Positions 1 to 11,229 of a stretch of DNA of 64,000 bases are shown in pieces. This stretch comes from Eledone cirrhosa (taxonomy: Eukaryota). The stretch is taken from the NCBI GenBank assembly GCA_964016885.1, contig CAXHJY010000007.1:32507-96506 (forward strand), read 5' to 3'. Under the pieces are notes generated by a model that saw only the letters and a program-made list of their open reading frames with translations, did no database searches and had not been told where the DNA came from. The first letter of the stretch is position 1, and the number at the start of each line of letters is the position of its first letter. Made by a program: the position numbers and the translations under genes.

Positions 1-1135
1 ACATTTTTTTCACCAACCTTATTCAAATGCATGGAATCAGATGACGGATATGTTCTAATAACTTTTGGAAAATTTCTCCTTTAAATTCATACCGCCACAT
101 GAATTCAATGAGATGGGTTTGAAGCAAATTTCTGGCTGTCCCGTTTTCCCTTTTATTCCTATTTTTTACGTGTTTCCACAAGCATTCTATTGATTCGTTG
201 TGGCAAATGTTACTGGATCAACAAAATTGATCGAATGGTTCACCGTCAAATGTTGATAGCATAGCTGATCGATCGTATTATAGGAACGCCATAGATCAGA
301 TATTATGGTTGTCCCTGGCAATATACGATCCTGTATAATGGTTAAAAGTGTCTCCGCTGTCCTGTCTTCTACTGCTACTAAAATACATCATCTGTGTTTT
401 CACAGAATGGCCACGATGGTATTTCCTTCTGACGAATGCGCTTTCATCAATCTCGACAATTCGGTTTGGCCCGCCAAGCTTAATGTTTTGTGCCACATAG
501 TACTCTGCACATACATCACGGCAAAAATTTCGCCAATCTGCTACGGCCACATTCGCGATACGACATTCCTCTGAAATCTTCTTTTGCCCAAAAATATAAT
601 ATATCAACTATTTGTTCACACTTCAAATTGCTATTTTCTAAAAATGTGCCTTTTCTAATAGAAACCTGTTTTCTACATGGTCTTGTACATGACTAGATAA
701 TCCCATCTGACACATTTTGTTTCGCTACTTCCAGCATACGTTGACCACATGAAGGGCAGACCTTTTGTGTATTCAGAAGTCCTTGAATTTTCAACCAATT
801 GACGGTATCTGCTGTAGGTAGCGATGGAAAGATCGCGATGGTTAATTCCCTTAACACTTGGATATCTTGTAGAACTCATTTTTCAACTTGCAGATGCGTG
901 TATTATCACAAAGTGAAGATTAAAGTTTATTTATTTACACGTGGTGTTGGTGATGATTGTTGCTGATTGGTGGGGATTGTCTCCATGAGGACTGTCGCTT
1001 GTCTCCATGGCCACTGTATCCATGCTTTTGAATAAGGTTGGTGAAAATAATTTGTTTTCTAAACATTTCTTCATAAATATATAGGGTTGGTGAAAGAAAT
1101 TTGATAACCATAATTTGGCCCTTTTAAGGGCCACC
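1..1135 (-). mobile_element. Merlin (IS1595/ISXO2-like DDE) DNA transposon, degenerate; left end lies outside the window
   Basis: Minus-strand peptides KLGGPNRIVEIDESAFVRRKYHRG and, after a frameshift, DRTAETLLTIIQDRILPGTTIISDLWRSY...HLTVNHSINFVDP; 1-35 is the inverted repeat of ~1019-1056. Confidence 0.85.
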
Positions 1136-1204
1136 TATATTTTCATTTAAGTTAACTCCACTGTTGGTGAAAATGACTTGTTTTTTATATTGATAACCAT
1201 AACT

Positions 1205-1353
1205 ATGAAAATATGTGACGTCATTCGTCAACCTTCCCCTACTTTCACTTCTGACAGCTAATAATACCATGAACTGTAAAAATACAGTTCATGGTATTAG
1301 CTGTCAGAAGTGAAAGTTGGGGAAGGTTGACGAATGACGTCACATATTTTCAT
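1205..1353. repeat. Near-perfect ~150-bp palindrome
   Basis: atgaaaatatgtgacgtcattcgtcaacc...catgaactgta-aaaa-tacagttcatg...ggttgacgaatgacgtcacatattttcat. Confidence 0.9.
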
Positions 1354-2332
1354 GTGTGTGTGTGCAAATTTCAATAATATTAAGACACCCTATAGTGAAA
1401 AGTTTGGCCAATAGATGGAACAAGATTTTACGAACTCCTCCTATGGTTTTGGAGATAGACCCCCCATAACCATATATATTCTGAAACTACATTGCCCAGG
1501 GTACTTTTCATTTTAATCAAAGGGTTCATCGGGGGCACAAAACCGCCGCTGAAACTTTACCTTCGATTTATATGAAATTTAAACCATAGGTAAATGACAA
1601 GATATGATGCCTATTCACAAAATTTCAGCAAATTTCAATAAAATTAAAATACCCTAATGGGGGTTAAACCCCCTATTAGGGTTCACCGGTGGCACAAACC
1701 CCTGCTGAAAATGTTTTCCCTTCGATTCATATGCAATTTAAACCATAGGTAAACGACAAGATATGATGCCTATTCACATCATTTCAGCAAATTTCAATAA
1801 AATTACAATACCCTAATGGGGGTTAAACCCCCTATTAGGGTTCACCAGGGGGCACAAAATCCCCGCTGAAAATTTTTTCGGTTCGATTTATATGCAATTT
1901 AAACCATAGATAAATGAAGAGATATGATGCCTATTCACAAAATTTCAATACTATAAGACACCTTAATGGTGGTTAAACCCCCTATTAGGGTTCCCCGGGG
2001 GTACAAACCCCCGCTGAAAACTTTTTCCTTTCGATTTATATGAAACTTAAACCATAGGTAAATGACAAGATATGATGCCTATTCACAAAAGTTTTCAATT
2101 GATATTTTGAAAAAAATTATTTACAAGAAACAAAATAAGAATAAGATTTAATAATGCAATTTTGATTTGATATATTACAAAAAATGATGTTTTCCAATTT
2201 TTCATGCATTATATTTTACATTGAGTAATATTGAGTTTTTCTCCATAAATTATATCACTGATGTAAAATCAATCATCATTTTCTTACAAAAAAATGTGTG
2301 AAACGCAGCAAGGCGCTGGTAATTCGGCTAGT
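1354..2332 (+). mobile_element. Helitron-like non-autonomous element with internal ~150-160-bp tandem repeats
   Basis: Unit marker aaaccatagg at 1581, 1740, 1901, 2049; 3' end has a short GC hairpin (cagcaaggcgctg) then CTAG|T at ~2328-2332. Confidence 0.55.
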
Positions 2333-2340
2333 ATATATAT

Positions 2341-3360
2341 GTGAGTGTGTGTGTATATATATGTATGTGTGTGTGCTCATTATGTAGGAGAGGTGTAGGT
2401 AGAAACTCCATCCTCTGCCCCATATGCAAACTATGGGTACACAAGAGATGTAGTGGGATCTCAGGAAGTTTAGTTAAGAATGTAGGCTTTACATGTAGCA
2501 GTTGCACCAGGACAGTAAGCAGAAAACAATCACTGAAAACAAGTGACATCAAAGTCTGGAAGGACTTGGTAAAAACAATACCGAATTAGCAGCGGAGGGG
2601 GGGGGGGTCTGAAAGAACGGGATGGAAGAAGTTGAGGGAGCTACTGCCACAGCTGGATACAAAAGGCTTTTCCCTCAGAATAAAAGGTAGACTGTATGAT
2701 GTGTGCATATGAACGGCAATGTTGCATGGTAGTGAGAGCTGGGTGCTGTGTGTAGAAGACTTGCGTAGATTAGAAAGGAATGAAGATTGTATGCTCCGAT
2801 GGATGTGTAATAGTAATATACGCGAACAGCAAAGCATAAACAAACTGAAAGAGAAACTAGGCATAAGAGGAATCAAATGTTGTGTGCAGGAGAGGAGATT
2901 ATGTTGGTATGGACATGTGATTCGTATAAAGGATGACAGCTACATAAAGTCCCAGAAAGACTTGAGATGAAGTGATAAAAGACGACCTTGCCCAATTGCA
3001 CCTCTGAAAGGCAATGACACAGGACCAAGATCTCTGGCGTTATGAGGTAATACAGAAACCCCAACTTCCCACGGGCCCAGGCCAAGGCTGAACATACATA
3101 CAGTATGCACCACTCCATCCCACCCACCAATATACCTTTCATGAGAACAGGCCGAAACACTGTAAAGTGGTCGTGATGGTGACACTGTAAAAAACATCGA
3201 GTCCACACTGTAAAGTAGTCGTGGAGGAATCACAACAAAAAACACCCAGTACTCACTGTAAATGAGCTTGGCATTAGGAAGGGCATCCAGCTGTAGAAAC
3301 CAAGCCAAAATCAGTTCTTTATGAGCAAGACATGGTCACCTGACCTAACATTGCCAACAA
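2341..3360 (+). mobile_element. RTE LINE 3' fragment, internally deleted
   Basis: CSLCRRGVGRNSILCPICKLWVHKRCSG and MLHGSESW...RRLCWYGHV; 3'UTR motif ggaagggcatccagctgtagaaa. Confidence 0.9.
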
Positions 3361-3365
3361 TAGAA

Positions 3366-3700
3366 GGCACATGGCTCAGTGGTTAGAGCATTGGGCTTGC
3401 AATTGAAAGGTTGTGAGTTTAATTCTCGGACCGGGTGATGTGTTGTTTCCTTGAGCAAGAGACTTTATTTCACATTGCTCCAGTTTACTCAGCTGTAGAA
3501 ATGAGATGATAGGGACTGGAGTCCATATCATTCCACTGCAAAGTGGTCGTGGAAGTGCCACGGCAAAAAAGCACCCAGCACTCACTGTAAAATGAGCTTG
3601 GTGTTAGGAAGGGTATCCAGCTGTAGAAATCAAGCCAGAATCAGTTCCCGTCCCACCCTTGCAAGCAGGGAAAAGCGGACGTAAAATGATGATGATGATG
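3366..3700 (+). mobile_element. tRNA-derived SINE with RTE-type tail (family A)
   Basis: A box TGGCTCAGTGG, B-box-like GAGTTTAATTC, core ccttgagcaagagactttatttcacattgctccag, RTE-like tail ending in (ATG)n. Confidence 0.85.
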
Positions 3701-4344
3701 ATATATATATATATATATATATATACTCACACTGGTATCTACATGTCTATGGTAAGGCCAGAATTCAATTTAGTACAGGAGTAAAAATCCCAGCAAAATC
3801 AGATGATGAGAGTTTTTGTTTTTGTAGTTGGCTATCACCAAATTGGATTTTGTTACATATTCAGATGAGCTACAGAGTCATATATATGTTGAACAAAAGG
3901 CGACGTTTAATGTTTAATTAGTTCATTGTTTTACAATCATTTCAGAAAGTTGATTGGCCATAATAAATCGATATAGTGACTAATTGATAGTAGTTATGCT
4001 ACTCCATATTATTAGTCTTCATATTATAGATTCCTCTCACCATCTTCATCAGAAAGATTTGTCAGACTTGGTGGTGGAATAGTGTGGTGGATGAGACAAT
4101 TAAAGCCAATATTCAGGCATGTAAAGAATGGTAGAATAGGGGAAGCAGAGAACTCTACCAAAAAGCCAGTGGCAAGGAAGCAGAAAATACAATGTTTAAG
4201 TATGCTTTGTGACATGAGGACCAAAGACATGAAGTGATCAAGATTACAAGGCAGTGTGTTGGAAAATGGTGATATTGTTAAGGAGAAGTGTGTTGATATG
4301 ATAATGATGCATTTGCTGTCACCGACGCTGAAAAGAAAGTAGAA

Positions 4345-4525
4345 AAAAACAAAACACCCAGCACTCACTGTAAATGAGGTTGGTGTTAGGAAGGGCATCC
4401 AGCTGTAGAAATCAAGACAGAATCAGTTCCCGTATGAGCAAGACAAGGTCAGCCGACCGGACACTGCCCACAACAGGACAACCCATGCTAGCGTAGAAGA
4501 ACTGACATAAAATGATGATGATGAA
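4345..4525 (+). mobile_element. RTE LINE 3' tail
   Basis: cactgtaaatgaggttggtgttaggaagggcatcc...cccatgctagcgtagaaga...(ATG)n. Confidence 0.8.
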
Positions 4526-4559
4526 ATATAACAGAGTTTTATAGCTTGCTTGAAGCATT

Positions 4560-4930
4560 GATGAATAGGAAACACAAATTTAAATTTTGAAAACCTAGTT
4601 GAGGGCCTTTGAACCCCAGGCTATTGCAATAGCTGCTCTAGATTCTAGATGTGGAAGACGGGACCTTTGGTACCACACAGTGACATCCTGTTCGAGAATT
4701 GGTCCAGCTCTCAATGCGAAAGTTTGGTCTTAGTCCCCCCCAGGATTTTCCATATGTATATCATTGCATATCTCTCCTGTCTTCATTCCAAGGAGTAGAG
4801 TTTCAGTTCTTTTAGACTCTCCCAGTAGTTTATCTCCTTCATCGTGGCAACCTTCTTGGTGTAGCTTCATTGGATTGCTTCAAGCTCCATGGTTAGTTTG
4901 ATACTATGGGGGTGACCACAGCTGGGAGCA
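4560..4930 (-). mobile_element. Decayed CR1/L2-group LINE, C-terminal part of ORF2
   Basis: Minus strand gives CSQLWSP...ELEAIQ..YTKKVATMKEINYWESLKELKLYSLE.RQERY-like peptide with frameshifts. Confidence 0.65.
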
Positions 4931-4931
4931 T

Positions 4932-5293
4932 TCATCATTTCATTTTACGTCCACTTTTTCCCTGCTTGCAAGGGTGGGACGGGAACTGATTGTGGCTTGA
5001 TTTCTACAGCTGGATGCCCTTCCTAACACCAACCTCATTTACAGTGAGTGCTGGGTGCTTTTTTCCCTTGGCACCTCCACATCCACTTTACAGTGTGGGC
5101 TGGGTTCTTTTTTGCCGTGGCACCTCCACGACCACTTTGCAGTGGAATGATAGGGACCCCAGTCCTATCATCTGATTTCTACAGCTGAGTAAACTGGAGC
5201 AATGTGAAATAAAGTGTCTTGCTCAAGGAAACAACACATCACCCGGTCTGAGAATTGAACTCACAACCTTTCAATTGCAAGGCCAATGCTCTC
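4932..5293 (-). mobile_element. SINE family A copy
   Basis: Reverse complement of 3366-3700 with one extra tail subrepeat. Confidence 0.85.
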
Positions 5294-5348
5294 AATCCGT
5301 ATGTATATATATATATATATACTCACACATATATATAAACTAATATAT

Positions 5349-5416
<68 letters not shown>

Positions 5417-5510
5417 ATAATTGTTTCTACGTTAGGCACAAGGCCAGCTATTCACCAGTGTATTACTGGTACTTTATTTTATCGACCCCGTAAGGATGAA
5501 AGGCAAATAT

Positions 5511-6070
5511 ATATAGTAATAATAATACATATGAAGACTAAAATCCAAAGAGGGCTCGATAGGGATAAATATATATCAATTATATAAGAACCGTAGAGCA
5601 AATATTTATTAAAATAACAGATTAAAGTTTAAGCAAAGAATCGGCTGCTTTCACCCTTAATGGGATCTTCCGAAACTAAAAAAATAATCAATCTGTGAAC
5701 GCAGAAGTAAATATTTCGAAAAACGTTGCAACCGAAGGAAGACAGGAAGACGATACTTTGGTTCGTGGAGACGTAGTTTTAGGTATTTCTTCCTGCTTGG
5801 TACGGGTATATTCTTTGTAGAAATATTCAGATGTTTCTGCATGATGAATATAAGTCAAGGGAGCCAAATAGTAATAATAATAAATTTGAAGACTAACATC
5901 CAAAGAGGGCTCAATAAGGATAAATATATATCAAATATATAAGAACCGTAGAGCAAATATTTATTAAAATAACAGATTAAAGTTTAAGCAAAGAATCGGC
6001 TGCTTTCACCCTTAATGGGATCTTCTGAAACTAAAAAAATCAATCTGTGAACGCAAAAGTAAATATTTCT
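5511..6070 (-). mobile_element. Probable Penelope-like pLTR tandem with ORF N-terminus remnant
   Basis: ~200-bp direct repeats (5511-5720, 5868-6070) flanking minus-strand ISTKNIPVPSRKKYLK, which resembles PLE ORF starts; related rearranged copy at 25250-25380. Confidence 0.45.
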
Positions 6071-6179
6071 AAGCCGACCTTTCCCAATTGCACCTCTCTA
6101 GGGCAATGACACACGACCATGACCTCTGGCGTCACACAGTAATACAGATACCCGACTTTCCACTGAACATATAGACAAT

Positions 6180-8610
6180 ATTTGTTTTCCTTTGTTTTTT
6201 TATGTCCTATCAACTAATCCGACCTCCAAAATGCTTGCAATTGACTATTTTTTTAGCATATTAACAACAAATATGATTTCCACTGCAATTAAACATGACT
6301 AGCTTTGTGAATGGTTTTTCCACCCACTTTCTGCCTACATTTTTCTACAAAGCTAATCATTGACGATAGGTTTCAAAGTTATATTCATTCATAATATGTG
6401 AAAAAAATAGTCAACTGCGAGGATTCGTGCGATGTAAATGGTAGGAGTAGGTGTTTTGTAATAAATTTACCATATGGTGAAGTATGGTTAAGGTGAAGTA
6501 TATGGTGTGGATTGGGGTAGATTAATGTGCTGTGGTGTGCTTTATGAGGATTTAAATTTCCAGTTTGATTTATGTAAGAAAAAAAATTTTTCCTTCATTT
6601 TTGCATGTGCTATCAACTTCTAAGATGCTCGCAGTGGACTATGCTTTTAGCATATTAACAAAAAATATGACTTCCGCTGCAATAAGAAATGACTAGCTTT
6701 GTAAATGGTATTTCCACCCACATCCTCCCTCTTTTTTCTACAAAGCTAGTCATCAGGTTTCCATGTCATAACCATTGATAATATGTGCATAAAATAGTAA
6801 TTTGCAAGCACCATTTATGTCAAATTGGGTAGTAAGCACTCAAAAAAAAAAAATGCCAAATGAAAATTTGTCACACCAAAATCAATAGCTTGGTGTGATG
6901 TAGTATGGTGTGGTTTGGTGAAGTTTCTACAAAGATAGTCATTTTCGACAGGTTTCCATGTCATAATTATTGATATGTGAAAAAAACAGTAAATTGGGAG
7001 CAACTTTAATGTCAGATTGGGTGGTAAGCACACAGAAAAAAAAAGGAAACTGGAAAAAAATGTTCACGCCAAGATCAATAGCTTGGTGCGATGTAGTATG
7101 GTGTAACTTGGTATGGTGTGGTTTGGTTTGGTTTGGTTTGGTGAAGTTATGAAATGGAAACCAATTGTAAACGATAGATTCCCATGTCATATTCATTGAT
7201 AATGTGTGGGGAAATAGTCATTTGCAAACACCTTTGATGTTAGTTTCAGGTGGTAACCACAAAAAAAAAAAAGCAGGTAGCAAATTTGTCACATTGATCT
7301 CCATACCATGGTGTGATGTAAATGGTAGGAGTAGGTGTTCTGTAATAAATTTACCATATAGTGGTTATGTTGAAGTATATGGTGTGGATTGACGTAGATT
7401 AATGGGCTGTGGTGTGCTTTGTTATAAGTGAGGATTTAAATTTCCACTTTGATTTATGTTAAAAATAATTTTTCCTTCATTTTTGCACGTGCTATCAACT
7501 TCCAAGAAGCTCGCAGTGGACTATGCTTTTAGCATATTAACAAAAAATATGACTTCCGCTGCAATAAAAAATGGCTAGCTTTGTAAATGGTATTTCCAGC
7601 CACATCCTCCCTCTTTTTTCTACAATGCTAGTCATTTTCATCAGGTTTCCATGTCATAACCATTGATAATATGTGCATAAAATAGTAATTTGCGAGCACC
7701 ATTCATGTCAAATTGGGTGATAAGCACAAAAAAAAACTAAATAAAATAAAATTGCCAGATGAAAATGTGTCACACCAAAATCAATAGTTTGGTGTGATGT
7801 AGTATGGTGTGGTTTGGTGAAGTTTCTACAAAGATAGTCATTTTCGACAGGTTTCCATGTCATAATTATTGATAAGTGGAAAAAAAATAGTCAATGGGGA
7901 GCACCTTTAATGTCAGATTGGGTGGTAGGCACACACACAAAAAAAAAAAGGAAACGGGAAGAAAATGTTTCACACCAAGATCAATAGCTTGGTGCGATGT
8001 AGTATGGTGTAACTTGGTATGGTGTGGTTTGGTTTGGGTTGGTGAAGTTATGAAATGGAAACCAATTGTAAACGATAGATTTCCATGTCATATTCATTGA
8101 TAATGTGTGGGAAAATAGTCATTTGCAAGCACCTTTGATGTTAGTTTGAAGTGGTAACCACAAAAAAAAAAGCAGGTAGCAAATTTGTCACATTGATCTC
8201 CATACCATGGTGTGATGTAAATGGTAGGAGTAGGTGTTCTGTAATAAATTTACCATATAGTGGTTATGTTGAAGTATATGGTGTGGATTGGGGTAGATTA
8301 ATGGGCTGTGGTGTGCTTTGTTATAAGTGAGGATTTAAATTTCCACTTTGATTTATGTTAAAAAAAAATTTTTCCTTCATTTTTGCATGTGCTATCAACT
8401 TCTAAGAAGCTCGCAGTGGACTATGCTTTTAGCATATTAACAAAAAATATGACTTCAGCTGCAATAAAAAATGGCTAGCTTTGTAAATGGTATTTCCAGC
8501 CACATCCTCCCTCTTTTTTCTACAAAGCTAGTCATCAGGTTTCCATGTCATAACCATTGATAATATGTGCATAAAATAGTAATTTTTGCATGTGCTATCA
8601 ACTTCCAACT
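6180..8610. repeat. Satellite with ~890-900-bp higher-order unit (~2.6 copies)
   Basis: tgctatcaacttc...gctcgcagtggactatgc recurs at ~6608, ~7490, ~8390; ~190-220-bp subunits inside each unit. Confidence 0.9.
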
Positions 8611-9645
8611 GTTTAGGTTAATGTTAGTTTTAGTGTAAGTGTTCAGGTTAGTGTTAAAGTTAGTTTTAGTGTTAAGGTTAGTGTTAGAGATTGTGTTAGT
8701 GTTTGTTTTTGTGTTAATATTTGTGTTAATATTAGTTTTAGTGTTAGAGATTGTGTTAGTGTTTGTTTTTGTGTTAATATTTGTGTTAGTATCTCTGTTA
8801 GTGTTAGTTTTAGTGTAAATGTTCAGGTTAGTGTTAGTGTTAGTGTTCAAGTTAATGTTAGTTTTAGTGTTAAGGTTAGTGTTAGAGATTGTGTTAGTGT
8901 TAGTATTTATTTTTGTGTTAATATTTGTGTTAGTATCTCTGTTAGCATTAGTGTTTGATGTTTCCATTAGTGTTAGTGATTGTGTTAGCGTTAGTCTTTG
9001 TTTTTGTGTTAATGTTAGCGTTAGTATTTCTGTTAGTGTTAGCATTAGTGTTTATGTTAGTGTTCAGGTTAATGTTAGCTTAGTTTTCAGGTCAGAGTTA
9101 GTGTTCAAGTTAATGTTAGTTTTAGTGTTAGAGATTGTGTTAGTGTTTGTTTTTGTGTTAATATTTGTGTTAGTATCTCTGTTAGCGTTAGTGTTTATTT
9201 TAGTGTTGAAGTTAATGTTAGCTTAGTTTTCTGGTTAGTATCAGTTTTCAGATTAGTGTGTATGTTAGTGTTACTTTTAGTGTTAGTGCTCAGGTCAGTG
9301 TTAGTGTTTATGGTAGTGTTAGTTTTAGTGCTAGTGTTCAGGCTAATGTTTGTGCTAATGTTAGTTTTAGTGTAAGTGTTCAGGTTAGTGTTAGTGTTTG
9401 TATTAGTGTTTACGGTAGTGTTAGTTTTAGTGCTGGTGTTCAGGTTAGTGTTAGTGTCAGTTTTAGTGTTAGTGTTCAGGTTAGTGTTTGTGTTAGTTTT
9501 CTATTTAATGTTAGTTTTCAGATTTTGTGTTTGTGTTAGTTTTCATGTTAGCGCTAAGTTCACTGTTAGAGCATGTGTGAGTGCAAGTGTTAGAGCATGT
9601 GAGTGCAAGTGTTAGAGCATGTGTGAGTGCAAGTGTTAGGGTAAG
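8610..9645 (+). repeat. Degenerate (GTTAGT)n hexamer array
   Basis: Continuous gttagt/gttagtttta variants; source of the spurious TN- and LV-repeat ORFs. Confidence 0.9.
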
Positions 9646-10016
9646 TTATTTTTAAAGTTCGGTTTTAGCTTAAAGTTAGGTTTTCTACTTTCCAGGAAAA
9701 AAGTTGATCCTCTCTAACTTGAGTGGTGTGATATAGTGTGGTAAAGTATAGTGTTTCATAGTCTTGTGTCGTGTTGTCTATTGTTGTATAGTGTAGTATG
9801 GTATATTGTTTCATAGCATGGTCTGATGTGAGGTCGTACAGTGTTTCGTAGTGTGGTGTTGGATAATGTGGTATGGTATAATGTTTGTCAGTGTGGTGTG
9901 GCATGGTTTGGTATAGGTTGATGTAGTGTGGCTTAGTTTGATTATAATAATACAAATAATAATAACAATAATAATAGTAATAATAATTGTTCTTCTTGTT
10001 CATTTTCTTTGTCTTC

Positions 10017-10170
10017 GTCTGTGCCTTTGTTTTGTTCTGTGCCTTTGACTTCTTCTGTGCCTTTGACTTCTTCTGTGCCTTTGACTTCTTCTGTGCTTTT
10101 GACTTCTTCTGTGCCTTTGACTTCTTCTGTGCCTTTGACTTCTTCTATGCCTTTGACTTCTTCTGTGCCT
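10017..10170. repeat. 18-bp minisatellite (tctgtgcctttgacttct), ~8 copies
   Basis: Direct tandem copies; reads KGTEEV on the minus strand. Confidence 0.9.
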
Positions 10171-11229
10171 TTATCTTCTCCTCTGCCATCTAAATACCAA
10201 AAACAAAGAATGTAAAACATATATCTTGCCTATCTCTCAGACTTTACAATGTGCTGAGGAGATAAAATTAATTTAAAGACCAGTGTGCTCATGCACTGTG
10301 ATCCTATAATGTAGCTTATAAGCTATTTCATAACTAAAAAACAATGTCAAACATCAACAAAAGTATATACAAATATCTTTGAATGTTTAAGTTAAACCTA
10401 AATAGATCGTATCTACAGGTCATTAGGTTAAGGCTGAACTAAAATCATATCTATAAATCATTAGGTTTAGACTGAACTGAGATCATACTTTCTTCTTCTT
10501 TTCGTCATCTTCGTTTCTTCTTTGTCTTTGTTGTCATTTTCATTTTAGTCGTCTGCTTCGTCGTCTTTTTCTTCTTTTCCATCTAAATATAAAAAAAATT
10601 GTAAACAAATATATAGATTCCTATTTATTGCCACTAGGGCGCAAAAGAAGGGGACAAATACAAGCTAAATGAACAATAATAATTCTTAGGGGTATAAAAA
10701 CCCTAGAAAATGCTATTTACATCATTTCTAAAAATAGCAAAACAATTGATGCTTTGGATAGAGCCAAATAGAAGACGTTAGACATGCTCAACCAACCATG
10801 ACGCCTAAACCAATCAGCTTCAGTAATCCAGTGAAACTAAACACCAATTGGTCGAAATACAGTTTGCAAAATTTAGCATTCTGTAGCCGCTTTTCACTGT
10901 ATATAAGGCACAAAATTTACCCATCTCATTACAGTTGAAAATTGAAAACTTGATTGTCATGAAAGTACTTGTTCAATTAACATTTAACAGTTAATATTCT
11001 ACCATACTATTCAGATTACATCTATAAAATTCAGATTACATCTATATATATACACATACACATATATATATATATATATATACATTCATATATACACTTC
11101 TACGAAATGTAATGTAAAAATACCATTTTCTTCTTGTCTCCCCACCCTTCGATTCATTCATCCATATATCTGTATAATCGCCCAGAATCCAATCCTACTT
11201 TCTCAATGCTATTCTATAATTCTGACTGG

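Noticed and set aside
1500-2090. Palindromic repeats at regular spacing resembling CRISPR
   Set aside because: The intervening sequences are also repeated (no unique spacers), there are no cas genes, and the context is eukaryotic.
3366-3440. tRNA-like sequence (also 42340-42410, 56590-56660, 60060-60130)
   Set aside because: These are SINE heads continuing into SINE body and tail, not tRNA genes.
8548-9615. TN-, LV- and SV-repeat ORFs; telomere-like array
   Set aside because: Translations of a degenerate GTTAGT repeat; the unit is not TTAGGG, so it is not a true telomere.
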